A stretch of DNA of 63,051 nucleotides, filler included, from Pelomyxa schiedti (taxonomy: Eukaryota > Protista > Evosea), in NCBI GenBank assembly GCA_020536535.1. It is 6 parts of 6 records of this genome, joined end to end, with 100 filler letters (N's around TTAATTAATTAA, not from the genome) between each part and the next. Parts side by side here need not be neighbours in the genome. Positions count along the whole stretch, not along the records: positions 17,821 to 43,431 come from JAHLWZ010000032.1; 5 more parts are not named here. One strand, written 5' to 3'. Of this stretch, positions 23,084 to 36,100 are shown piece after piece; position 1 is the stretch's first letter, and each line of letters starts with the position of its first letter. Both the position numbers and the translations under genes were made by a program. Below the pieces are notes generated by a model. The model had not been told where the DNA came from, ran no database searches, and saw nothing but the letters and a program-made list of their open reading frames with translations.

Positions 23084-26000
23084 TCAAACAAATAGGTACT
23101 GTAAAAAAGGGGTATGTACTTGTTGGCTATCAGTAGTAATACCTCCATCACTCTGCACTGAGGAGGGAGGCAGCAGGTGAGGTGGTGACTGTTTTGTTTG
23201 TTTGGTTGATTGATGATATAGTAGTGTGTGAATTGGAAAGTAGAATGAATGTGGGTGAATTGAGGGGTTGTGGAGAGATGAAGAGTGTGAATGTGGAGAG
23301 GTATTCAGGGTACTCACAAGGCGCCTTTGTGTTTTCTATTCACATGGTGTGATGTTGGTGAGGAGGTGAGGTTCAGCTTGGGTATTGCAGACTTGGAGGT
23401 TTTTGCTACTGTTCGGGATGATTTCCTGGCTGGTTTTGGTGGAGGAAGAGGTGGAGCGGGAGGTGGCGGCTGTGATGGCAATGGTGGTGGCTGTGATTGC
23501 GGTTGCGTGGGTGTTGGCATTGTTGTCAATATGGGTGATGCTGGCGGTGTTTTGGGTGCCACTTTCGGCGAGTTTGGTGGCGATTTGGGTGAAAGCGGAG
23601 TTTTGGGCGAGGGAAGTGTTGATAGTGTTGGGGTGGGAAGCCGGGCCGGCGGCGGCGGGGATGGCGAGTGCGACGAAGGCCGTAGGATGGGCGAGAGCTT
23701 GCTTGTGTTGGTCACTATTGTGGTGAAGGCGTGGATGTCGGAGCATGGCTCAATGTGTATTGGAGTTATTGGCGGGAATGAAATGCCGTTGTCGGTTATG
23801 AAAGCTCGCCCGACAACCATAGCAATGGTGTTGATATCGGGCAAAGACGGTGGTGGCTTCGCGGCGGTTTCTTCAACTGTAGCACCGGGTTTGGCAGTTG
23901 CTTCCGTACAAAGTATTACAGACTTTGTCCCTGATTTCTGTGTTGTGTACTGTTGTATGAGGGCATTGATGTACGGGGAAAATGTTGCAATGACTTTCTC
24001 TGATTGTGGAATCCAGATGACGAGGTGAAAAGCGCGGGCACCAATGCAATCGTCTGTTGAAGTTGTAGAAATCGTCGTATAGGCGACCCAAATGTTGCTC
24101 AGATGGTGCGGGGGTGCAAGCTCTGAAGTTGTATCCCAGTTCGGGAACTTCCAGACATATGGTGTGTTGGGGTTTGGGAAGCTGTACTCTGGGTATTGAA
24201 CATTAAGTTGTAGTCCAGAGAGAAACAGTTCTTTTTGGCCGTCTTTTGCTTTTGGTTAGTTTTAGAAAAAGAAATGGTGTTTACGCACTGCATCCGGGAA
24301 TCAGAGAGAGGAAGTTCGTTGGCTCCTCTCCTTGTTGGATTTCTACAAGTGTTGTTGCCTTCAAGTACCTGCATGAAGATGAGATTGCAAATTAGTTCGG
24401 TGAGTGGACCTCTGTATTTGTGATGTCACCTTCCTCAGACCAGGGAGGAGAAACGGCTTGCAGTAGGCACCAATCCAGGCAAAGACTGTTGCCTCCTTTG
24501 CATTGTGGAGCACAAAGCAAGCTCTTGGATCAAAGGAGCTGGCAGAGAATTTATCTACATGCTTTCCTACAAGAAGGGGTTTGTGCAAACTGGCATACTG
24601 TGGGACGATCCTGATGAAGTGTTGAAATTTTTCCTAAAAAAAAGGTCAAAACCTGTAGAGTCGACATATTCCTCTGCTGGCGTCTGTGTGCACAATTGAA
24701 CTCCACAGCAATAAGCGGTCACAGAAACCACCATGAGGACTCACAATTACTCGCTTCTCTCGAACGTATTCGTGAGCTGTCCTAAAGTCATGACCCAGTT
24801 TCCAAATGAGGTAACTCATGACAATAGATGCAGATCGCGATGCTCCTGCCTAAACCAACTCTCGTTATCTTGGTAGGAAAGTACTACCACATACATGGCA
24901 ATGGATTAAAGCTTGACCGTTGTGTTTTTCTACATTTTCTATCCATTCAATCACCTGAAATTTCGATAAGGAAGAGGAACATGAAAAATATGTCATACAT
25001 CCAAGAAAAGGGGGTGAATATCCTCAATGCAACTGTCATGCAATGCCAGACTCCAGTAATTGAACAATGCCGGGAAATTGTTATCACATGTAGAGGCAGC
25101 ACAATTCATTATGTGAGTGATTCCTAAACTTTGAAGTTGACTTTGATCACTTGTCGGAATAGCGCCAGATAAAAAGATGTGTGGTACGATTGGACATATC
25201 TTTGGCAAGCAGTTCAATGAAAGGTAAAAATTAAATTATTTTGAGTGTGGAAATCTAACTGCTTCAAGGCACTTCCTGTAGGTTGTACCAGAGATGTACC
25301 CTTCAATCGCTTCCTCTTCTTCTTCCATGAGCATCCACTGGGATGATGCAACTGATACTCTCAATGTGCCAGCACAGCTTCCCTCTTCCAGAATACATGT
25401 AGTACCCTCGCTGTTACTGGAACTCGTGGAAGTTTCAACATCAGGTCCGTCATAACCTAAGTCGTCAAAATACATCCACTCCATGTCATCCTCTTCAGCA
25501 CTTGAGTCAGCCGGGGTTTGGGTTTGTGTATCTTTTGGCCTGATATAGACCTCTGATTCCGTGTCTTCAGCACAAACTGATTTGCTTCTACCGCGGGGTG
25601 CTTTGAGTGGCTCATCACTTCCAACGCCCCCTCCTTCAACCACTACAACACCACCGCCTGTGTCTCCCCTCGGGCCTCTTGGTGCACAAAGAGGCTGGAG
25701 ATAGGGTAAAGTTTGAGCTATCTTCAGGTTTAAGAGAGGTACTGCAGGCACTTTGCACAGAGGCAGTTTTGTAGGGGACGAACTGGCACTAATACCTGTA
25801 AGATTGAGGGAGAGACTGGGAAGAGGTGGTTTGCGGAGTGTTATAGCAGGATTGACGGGTGGTGTGGATTCAGCAGTTTTGATATTTGAATCAGGTAGAG
25901 AGGATGCAATGGAAGAAATGGGGATATGCGGAATTGGTGTGCCACCAATTTTGAGTTTGGGAAGTTTGACATTAGAGTTGGCTGTAAGAAGGTTTCTTGG

Positions 26001-27854
26001 TGATGCAGGATTAAGGTTTCGTGGCGAAGTAGGGTAAGGCATCAAAGAAGATTGATTTCGAGGTGAATTTGGATTTACTGAAGCGGTGGGCACAAGGGTT
26101 GAGCCTGTACTAAGTGGCGGAATCACAAGTTTCGGTACCACAAAGGGTTTCAGTTTCTGAGATGACTCTGGGATAACTACGGTTGGAAGCGGAGTGGGTG
26201 ATGGACTTCGAGGACTGGTTGTAGTGGGACTTTTTGGAGAAGGAGGTGTAACTGCGCCTATTGGAGAGGTTGGCGCTCTTGGACTCACCTGATGTTGGTC
26301 TCTTACTACTTGTATTTCAGGTTGGACTACAGCTCCCAACTGTAGGGTTGGAATGACTCTTCTCCCTTTGGGTGGTGGAAGTGCTTCAGAGGTGCTTTCC
26401 ATTGCAGGATTAGAGCTGACCGGTCCCTTCCTGGCAATTTTTGGAGGTTTTTGTTGTACATCTGCCGCAGTGGAGCCATGGCGCTTTGTTTTTCGAAGTA
26501 CTACCCACCATACCCCGTGACTTCCATTTGCAGCAGATCTGGGAGAGATAACAGGTTTTTTCTTGGGAGGATCTGCACCCTCTGTTGTCTCTCGCAACGA
26601 GGAAGAGGGAAGACCATCTTCTTTGCCATCCTCAATAGCTAGCATATCCATTAGTCCAACAATTGGCTGAGAACTGCCAGATTGGGATGTACTGCCGTTA
26701 TGGGGTAAAACCAACTTGGAGGTCAGAGTTGAGATCGTAGTTGGTATACGAGGAGATTTGGGAGGGTGCTCTAATACAACACTACACACTCCCGCCTTGA
26801 CCAATCTTCTCAGTAACAATACAGCGGCACACCCACACCCACAGACGCACCCACAACCCCCCACACCAGAACAACCTCCATTTTCACCATGTCTGACGCA
26901 CCCGCATGCACTTTTGTTTCCACTGTCACTTGATACACAGCAACCACATCCACCACAGCCTTCTCCGCCTCCACCAAGTAAACGCTCAAGCTGGAAAGCA
27001 CGGGCTGTTGCAACGGCACGTGTATTATTGCATGCTTGCCTTCCATTCCATACATATAGATCAACTTTAGTCGTGTGGGGAGTGTGCATGTGTTGATCGG
27101 CCGAAGAACTAGTAGTAGGATTTGTTGGCAAATGGGTGTGTGGAATGTGGGCAAAGGGGTGGTGGAGACCTCTCGGGGTAAGTGTAGTGTCTGCCGACTC
27201 AGAAAGACCTTGAAGCTGCTGGGTAGTAGGTTGTTGTGGATGGGCACCAGACAAAGGCAAAGGCAAAGAAGAATGCTGGTGTCGGGGTGATATGGATGTT
27301 GGGGTTATTGCACCTGAGGGTTGGCGGGATGTGTCACTGGGTTGAAGGGTGGAAGTGAGGTGGGCAGCAAGGTAACATTCATCGTTTCTAAATACCGGAA
27401 GAGACTGGAGAAATACAGGGGTAGTTTGAACAGAGAGTAATTGTGGTGAAGTAAGTCCCGGCGGAGTATGAGGCCTTCTAGGGGACGACGAAAGAGGCGA
27501 AGTTGTGCCGTGTGTTGGGGATCCAGTAGGGGAACCCAGGTTAGTGTTTGCTGAGGAAGTCTCTTGTGTAAAAAACCTCCACAGGCAAATGTAGTTGTGG
27601 TGTGAAGTACTGCTAACTAGTACATCCTCTGGCACACTTTGGTCTGCGAATTGTAGCGGTTAGTTTCGTTGCCGTTTTTACCATCAACCACTCCGCTCTT
27701 CTGCTAATATATACCAATGTTTTTGTTATAGTTACTACACACCTGATATCAAGGTCTTTATTATATCGTCCAGATCAATCAATGACGGCTGCGACGTCGT
27801 TCCGTAACCAACTGGTTTAACGGGCGTCTCAGGGTTAACGCCCGTCGTAGCCAT
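23084..27854 (-). CDS. Dual-specificity (MAPK) phosphatase with gelsolin-like repeats and long Pro/Ser/Thr-rich regions; 3' end approximate
   Basis: PIVPHIFLSG..LQSLGITHIMNCA..LHDS. Spliced catalytic IHCH|AGASRSASIVMSYLIW (CX5R). Gelsolin-like FDPRACFVL..VFAWIG and N-terminal LYVWNGRQA. Confidence 0.85.
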
Positions 27855-28525
27855 TAAACTACGACCGTAATTGTGGGTGAGTCTTAGTACCCAAAACCGC
27901 TGTAAAAAAAAAGGGGGAAAAAAAAGAAAGAAACGAAACGAAACGAGACGAGACGAAACAACATCTAGTGCGCCTCACAGAGAGGGGCGGTTACTGTTGT
28001 TGTCTGGGATCTTGTGTTGTACCGTATGTGTTGCGCCGCAACCAAGTGTGCACGCGTCACCTCCCCAAAGATTTTTTTTGTTGGGTTTGATCTTGTGTCC
28101 ATTGTGCTATTCGTTCTCCGTTACCCGAAGATCAAGTGATCAGAACTCGAGATTTGCAGATCGTTCATCGCGAAAAACTGCAACAAGAGACGACCTGCAC
28201 AATGGAAGGACCACATCTTGCGGGGAACCAATCAAACCCACAGATTCTGGATTCATATTGACAAGGAGGGATTTGCTTGTTACTCCGAGTACTGCACGTG
28301 GAAATGTCGGAAAAGGTGAACCTCCACTTGTGGATGGGTTTATAACCCTCCAGCCTTATTGCCAAAAAAAAATATAACCGGCGTTTTACTCCCGAAAAAA
28401 AAAAACCCAAACAACGCCCGGTTTTACCGACATCGGTAAAACAAACCTCATCAACGCCACCACACTGCGCAACACGAATAGTCTACATAGGTCGTTGCAC
28501 CCAGCCGATTTTATCACTGGTTTCT

Positions 28526-29803
28526 ATGGGGAACACACTTGGCAAGGAGCCACCCATTGGGCGCCTCGTGGGAACCCTAGACCCAGTGTGCCAGTTCCTC
28601 GCCATCGCCTGCTGCCCCCCCCTCCCGCGGTCCCGCCGCGCCCGCATCCCCCGGGGAGCCGCTGCGTGCCAGGCCCCGGCCCCCAGCCCCCCGGCGGCGC
28701 TGCTGGCCCGCGTGCCCTCGCTCCTGCGGGAGTTCGGCCGCGGCTGGGTAGTGTGCGAGTGCCGCCGGACCGCCCTGTCCCTGGGCGTGGAGCTCCAGGA
28801 CCCACGCAGGCGGGGCACGCGGCGGCGCGACGGCGGCGGCGGCGGCGACTCGCTGCTGCCGCTCGGGGTTCCCAGCTTGGGCAGGTACCCGTACGAGTAC
28901 GAGCACGTGCACGTTTGGATGTGTTTATCTGCTACTCTGGGAGTTGTAAATTGTGGGTTCTTCACAACTCCACAGCCTTGGTCTGTGATTTCACACTGTG
29001 GCCCTGTTCCAAATGAACAACATGAACCTACAAAAAAACAAAAACAAAAGCAGGCAAACTCAGAGTTGAGGTTTGTGGCCACCTGCGATTTGGAAATTTT
29101 TGTGATTGATAACAGTGGCAAGAAGCTTACAAAGGAGCTGGGACGGAAGCTTCACTTGTTGTGTTTGAACACAAAGTGGATGCTTGTTGTTTCCACACAC
29201 TTAACGCTGACAGTGATGAGGATTGACTGGCTGGACACCAGCGGCCAAGTCCCTCATGTCAAAGTCCCATGTAGTAGAAGCTATACAGATGGGCAATTCT
29301 TTGGACCCAGGGGAGATGAGGTTTTGCTGTTCAGGGGCACCCCAGGAGGAGAAATGGCGTCATTCGTGGACTTGGTTAGCACCTTTTCATTGCAGTGCAT
29401 TGTGGTGACAAGAGAGATTGAGGTTCCTTGTACTGCCTACAGTGCACTGTGGTTAGGGGATACACTGTGCACACTGCACAGAACAGGAAAGCAATCGCAG
29501 CTGTACAACACTGGCTCAAGGCAATTGCACACCCTGGAGCCTGGAACTGTGCCTTTTGGGAATTACCATGTGGGTTGTGAACACCAGGGGATGTGTTATG
29601 TCTACCACGTGTCTGACCTGTCTAAACCATGCTGCACCATTGACACACAAGAGGCATTGTTTACGTTCTGTTCTCATGACAGGGGAATTGTGGTCTCAGT
29701 CGTGAGAGCCCAGCAGAACAAAGTTGAGCTGCGCGATGCCCTTACGGGAATCATCGTCGCTGTTTTCACCTCCCCATATTTGTGTTTGGAGTTAGAATGG
29801 TAA
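28526..29803 (+). CDS. Intronless family member (F-box-like N-terminus plus beta-rich body)
   Basis: LDPVCQFLAIACCP..SLLREFGRGWVV..LSATLGVV..NTKW..GDEV..VDLVSTFS..DRGI..RDALTG. Confidence 0.75.
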   Translation: MGNTLGKEPPIGRLVGTLDPVCQFLAIACCPPLPRSRRARIPRGAAACQAPAPSPPAALLARVPSLLREFGRGWVVCECRRTALSLGVELQDPRRRGTRRRDGGGGGDSLLPLGVPSLGRYPYEYEHVHVWMCLSATLGVVNCGFFTTPQPWSVISHCGPVPNEQHEPTKKQKQKQANSELRFVATCDLEIFVIDNSGKKLTKELGRKLHLLCLNTKWMLVVSTHLTLTVMRIDWLDTSGQVPHVKVPCSRSYTDGQFFGPRGDEVLLFRGTPGGEMASFVDLVSTFSLQCIVVTREIEVPCTAYSALWLGDTLCTLHRTGKQSQLYNTGSRQLHTLEPGTVPFGNYHVGCEHQGMCYVYHVSDLSKPCCTIDTQEALFTFCSHDRGIVVSVVRAQQNKVELRDALTGIIVAVFTSPYLCLELEW

Positions 29804-30191
29804 AATCGAAACAAGGAGGCCCTGCACACCCATAAGTTCGGGTACAGGAAAACCTTTCGCTTTTAGGGAGCGGAAAATGACGGCTAATTTTGCCCTCCCC
29901 ATCAGTTGGCACTGATAAATCATAACTTGCTGTAACTCGTATGATACTCTCCTTTTGGGGGAGACACTGATACATCAAGTTGCGGAAAAGCCCAAAATTT
30001 CTTCTCTATCAGCGTTTGGGTGCGACACCCTTGGGGGGCTTTCTTGTTGTTTTTTTCCTCATGCATTGAGGAACCAGAAAAGCCCTTGTTTCTCTCATCT
30101 GGGGTGACCATTTTTTGTAGTCTACCAAGTTTTATTTCAAAAACAAAAAGTTTCCTATACAAAGAGGGTTGTAAACAACCACCCAGTCTCA

Positions 30192-33100
30192 CTACCTTCT
30201 GAACGTTGTAGCCATGAGGGCGGCTGAGAACATCAGTGTAGAATCGGGTACCTCAGAGGCTAGGTCCTCTGGTGTGATGTAGATAGTGCAGCCCAGCCGC
30301 CGTGCAGCGCACAGCAGTGTCATGGCCTTGGTCATATTACCGGGTGGTGCCGATGTTGTTGCGGTGATGCCGAATGCCGAAGGTGTTGTGCTTGTTGATG
30401 AGGTAGTGGTTGTTGATGAAGAAGCTGTAGTTGTTGTTGTAGTAGTAGTTGGTGTAGCTGGGATGGTTGTGGATGATGCGGGTGTGGTTGCTGATGATGC
30501 TGTTGATGCCGATGGGGGAGGGTGTTGCTGGGAGAAGGTGATTGTGGGAAGTTTGGTGAAGATTGTGGAGGAGGGTGGGGGTTTTACGGGAACCCTTGGT
30601 ATTTCGGAACCGGAGGAGGATGAGCTGGTTGTGCTGATGTCAGTTGATGACGAGGAACTGCTCGAGGAGGACTGGCTGGAGCCGGTGCTTGTTGTCCTCG
30701 CCACAACCTGCGGGTGTTGGGTGATAGGATGCGACTGTGACCCGGAGCCTTTCACGCCAACGCTGGCACTTTGACTCGCGCTGGCCTGCCACTCCCGGCC
30801 AATGCAGCAGCACGCGGGGAACGGCAGTGAAGCCGGCGGGGAGAACGCGGGGAGCAAGTCCGGGTCAGAGAGTGTACGGTGATCAATGGAATGCATCAGG
30901 TGGCACATCAAGGATAGTGTACCCGGGGCATTGAATGAGGAAAGGCTCGATGGCTGACCAATACTTGACACGCAATGTAACACCCAGCTGAAAACCACTG
31001 TTTTGGGGTGAGTGTGATGTGTACTGGTATCGATGGGGAAATACCTTCTTCTGTAATAGGCATCCCATGCTTAGAGAGTTCCTGCAGCATTTGAAAAAGT
31101 ACCAACTTTGTTGCCACTCGTACAATAGCTTCTCTGGATTGTTTTGTCACAGAACTGAACATGCTCCCTACGACAACGTTACAACTTCTATGTGATAGAC
31201 GGGATACCTTTTATGTTTGGGACGTCACAATTAAACTGTGGCAGCAGAAAAATAATGTGGTCCCATCTTGCCGAGTTCAAAACATTTTTAGAGAGACTTG
31301 CTTCATAAGATTTCAAAAATTTTGAATCGACAACCCCAGGATGTAATTTATCCATAATCTAAAAAGAAAAACGGTGAGTGACAGTTTTTGGAGTTAACAG
31401 TGTGCTACATGCAACAAAATGACACCATCCGTAAGCTCTATTAAGTGGTTGATTGGATAGCTAAAACTGTGCACCCAGTTCTTGAGTATTCTAGTCTCGT
31501 GAGTGAAACTTCTACCAAGAGAGAAATACCTCTCCTGTGCTGTTTCAGCTAGGAAGTTGATTAAAATATTAGTCTCATCGGAAAGAGTAGTTTCCAGGCC
31601 ATGGCACGCAACAAACAACATCGCCAACGTTATGAGATTTAGAGGAGCAAGGCCCGCAGCCATGAGATCTGGTGTAAGAATTGTGGTTCCGGTTATCTGC
31701 CCCCTATCAAAAAGAAGACAGAATAAACAGAAAAAAGTACCAGGGCTATGCACTGCAGAACATTGTTTATACGTTTGGATGAATCCCTGGAATTGATTGC
31801 AGCCACTTCCTTGACAAACTGAGTTTTCCGCGTTATTTGACTTAGTAAAATGCTGTACTTGATGCCGTCAGAGAAGTCTGAGGCAAAATTTCGGGCTGAC
31901 CTTATTGGGGTAAGAATTATTTCTAAGACTAGCGAGGATACAGTTTGGTTCCTTGTCTTTTAAGATGATAATTTACCTGCACATATCTATTAATTTGATA
32001 GTGTATTAAAAAATAAACATGCCCATCTAAGAAGCAATTGTTCTGCGTTCAAAACTGCCAAATGAGATAACGTCTCAGTTCGCTCAATCAACACAGCTAG
32101 CTGGGGAGTTGAGGACAAGGAAATCTAGAAATTGATCAGTGTGATCTAAAACATAAACAGCTATGAGAACCTTACTAAGAAGTCCGACTTTAATGATCTC
32201 TGCTATCTGTCGGACTGTGATTGGCACATCCCCATTGAACAAACAACTCTTTGAATACTAAGATGAAAAAACTCTGAGCAGATAAGCTTACCTGTATGGG
32301 GTTTATGGAGAATCCCAGATACAAAGCAGTTGTAGTAGCTAGATTATAGTTATCACTAACATCCTGGGGTAAAATTAGTGGGACACTTGTTTGATAGAAC
32401 TAGCCTGCTTGCTTATAGGCTTTTTACAAATAGATTTCTGTTTTTCGGGTCATTCAAAAATAGAAAAAAAAAATTCGAACCTCTAATAGGCAAGACGGAA
32501 ATAAAGAATTCAACAGCTTTAGTACAAGCACCCCATCCGCGAGAGCAGTTGCCACATCTGCATGCACCATGCAGACAGGAAGATACCTTGTTGATGGTTG
32601 ATTTGTGAATGGCAAGGAATCTTCTACTTGGTGAGCTCGGGATCATTTTTTAGGAAACAGTTCACGAGGTCAATATATCTCTCTTCCTCACTTATCAGGC
32701 GGGTTGCAAGTTTACTGGCGCTTCTTTCGTGTAAAAATAAGAACTCCGATATGAAGGAGTTTGAATGCGTCTTTCTTTCTTGGTCCCTAAAGTCTTTTAG
32801 AAAAGGGAGATTCAACACTTCGTACCTTTGGATGAATTTCGAGAAGAGTTTCTCATTGTCAGATAACCTTGCCATTGCTAAGTCACATTGTTTCTTGAGT
32901 TGCTTGCTGATTTGTTCTAATTCATTGATTCGATCTTGAGCTTTTTTCAGCTTGGCAGCATGAGTTAATGTGGATGTGTTCACTTGTTCAGCATTTTCAA
33001 TAAGCTTTTCTTGCAGAGCACGGAGGCCCTCCCGTGTGAGGGCATGGGCCTCACGTTCTGCCTCGAGAATTTCCAACAGACGTTTATGCTCAGTTTCCCA

Positions 33101-36100
33101 TCTGTTGTTTGGTGAAAATGGTATTTTAAAAAAGCACCATTTCTACCTTTGCTCTTGCCCTAACCAGAGTGCCAATCTCTCTCGGTGCTGATTGCACTCT
33201 TGCAATAACTGGTTGTGAACAAGACTTTGTTTGCGCATTGATTCAACCTGGGAAGATGCTGCTCGCTCAGCCACACGTGCGTTGTGTAGGTGGCTTGTTA
33301 AATTTTCGCATTCAGATATTGTAGAGAGCAATTGCTGTTGAAGCTGTGCAAGCTCCTCCTTGAGAATTTTTACGAAATGAAGTGCCGTTTGCCGACCTTG
33401 TTGTTCATGCTTTAGTAGTTGCTCTAGAGTACTTAGCCTGGCTTGCATATTTTCTGACTTGGTTGACTGAAGCGCAATTTCAGAGCGTGTATTGGTATTG
33501 CCAGTTGGGTGGCAAAGGAGTTTTTCTAAGTCTGCCAGGAAGAGCTCTGTCCCCTCTGGGGTTCCCCATTTCTTTGATGAAAGATGGCTTGAAGTCGCTG
33601 GGAATTGCTGTGCAATAGACGTTGCCCTTCTCTGTAGACATTTATTTTGTGGGAGTAGAAAAGGAGGTCAATACTTGTATGTCATGCCACTTTTCCATTG
33701 GTATTGAAAGATGAGTATTCGGCTTCTTGATCACATCGAGCTCCATAAGGTATGCCTTCACGTCATGTGAAAGTTGTTGAATCTATAAGAAGGTAAGTAA
33801 AAGCGAGTATTCTTGTGAGACATACAGTTCGGTCTTTCTTGAGAATTTTGTGTTGATGCCTGCCTAATTCAGTGTGCAGGTTTTGGATTTCCGTCTCGTG
33901 TGTGCATTCATTTGATTTATCTGATGGACTCGATTTTGTGACATTTTGTTCACTTTCCAGAACCATCAATTCGGCCGTGGCACTCCTCAAGTGCTCTTCT
34001 AGGAGTCGATTTTGGGCTCTTTGAGATTCCAAATGTTGCTCTAGAATATGAACAGCCTGCTTTTCACTTTCCAGTTCTCCACGTAAACTGGAAGCCAACT
34101 CTAGGGCCTTGTGGAGCTCTTGTTGCTTTTTCTCCAGTTCTTCTTGGAATTCAGTGAGATGTTCTACATGCTGGGCAATATGTTCAGTAGACACAGGTTT
34201 TTCTTGCAAAAGACGGACGTCAACTTGACTCAATTTTTGTTCACATGTGGCAAGAGATAAAGTCATTTCAGTGACTTGACTTTGTAATTGTAGTTGCTGA
34301 CTCTCACTGGAGATCATTGCCTCCCTCATTTTGTGGACCTCTTCATCCTTCTTCATAAGTTCCATTAAAACAGAGCTCACAGTATTATGGGCCTCTTGCA
34401 TCTGCTCCTGGAGAAGTTTTTGTAATTGTACCTGTGCTCGTTGTAGAGAAAAAATAGTACGCTGATACTGCTTCTCTGATTCTTGCAGCATGCCAAGGGA
34501 TTTTTCAGTATAATCGAGTTTATGTTGTAAGCCATTGACTAGGGTTTTATGTTGTTGCTGTGAAGACGCAGCCTGACGTGTAAGATTATCAATGCCAGAT
34601 TTTAAGGCTGTGAGCTCGGCCTGAGAACGCGAATTGGACATTTGAGCATTCTCATCTAATTGTGACAGCTTTAGTTCAAGAGCCTTTGTTATCTGGAATT
34701 GCTCTTCCATTGCTAATCGGTGATTCTCTTCAGAAGCTTCTCTCTTTTCCTTGAAATCCGCCAACAGTTGATCTACTTGTTGAATATGTTGCTGTGAAAG
34801 TTCTTTTTTTTCGAGTTCCAGTTGAGAGAGTTTCCCCTGTAGAAGAGCGATTTCTGAAGATGAAAGTTCATACTGATTTCTTGTCTCGCTTCTTACAGCC
34901 TCAAGCTCAGCTTCCATAGTACGAATTTTTTCTAGGTACTGTGATGCCAAGTTGCAGTTAAAGGAGACTTCCTGTTCCCGGGTCTGCAATTGCTGTTGTA
35001 AATTAGAAATCAGGGATTCATTTGCTTTCGATTGCTCAAGAATATCAGTTTCACGACTCTTTCCTTGAGTCTGCAACGCCTCCATCTGGTGAAGCTGTTG
35101 ACGTTGTGCCTCAAGGTATTTTGCCGATGCTTCCTCACTTTCCTTCAGTTTTATTGTCAAGTTCATAATCTGGGACTCACTGATTTTCTTTTCTTCGTTA
35201 CAGGTGGCCTGCAGCTCTGCAACAGATTGTTGCATCCGTTGCAATTCAGACTGTGTGGCCACTTGCTTAAAAGTGAGCTCTGCTTGAAGTGTGTCAATCT
35301 TGTGCTGTAGTTCTACCTCATTTTCCTTTTGTTGATGTAATGTAGCCTGAAGTTGAGAGACTGTTGTCCCCATAGACTCTGTGATGATGTTGTGGTTCGA
35401 CTCCTGGGAAGAAATCTTCTCGTGAGCGAGTTGCAACTTTGCTTCGAGATCTCTTGCATGCTCTTCTTGCTCAGTTACCTTGGCCTGCAGTGCAGTTGAT
35501 TGGGACCTATGAACTTCAAGTTGCGCTGTAAGGCTAGTAACTGTTGCTCGCATGTTATCCAGGTCCACCTCATATGACTTTTGGGCTTGGGCATGGGAAC
35601 TAATTACAATTTCCTTTGCTTTCAGTAGGTTTTCAATTGTGGCAGATTGTTCACACTGGGAAGTAAGCTCAGTTTGCAGTCGATTAATATCGCCAGTAAG
35701 GTGGAGAACCTGCTGCTCATAAGAGCTAACCACTGTTTTATGGGAGGAAATAGCTTCAATTAGTTTCTCACTCAGTTTTTGATTTTCTTTTTGGGAATTT
35801 TCTTTCTCGGACTCGAGTTGATTTCTGAGTTGTAATATGCTTTCCATGTACTGTTTACTTTGTCTCCCTAGGTTGCTGAGTTCTTCCTCTGCTCTGTGCA
35901 GGAGTTCCTGCAAGGATGCAGCTGCACCTTCTCGAGCCTTTAAATCATCTTGCAGTTGTTGTATGGTCGCTTGTGTCTTGTCCACTGTCTCCTTGTACTC
36001 CTCCTCTTTTTTGTTATGCTCGGAAATCGACGTTGTAAGTACATCGATTTGCTGGTGCAGTTGTTGCACTGTACTCTTGTTTTCTTCCAACTCTCCACAC

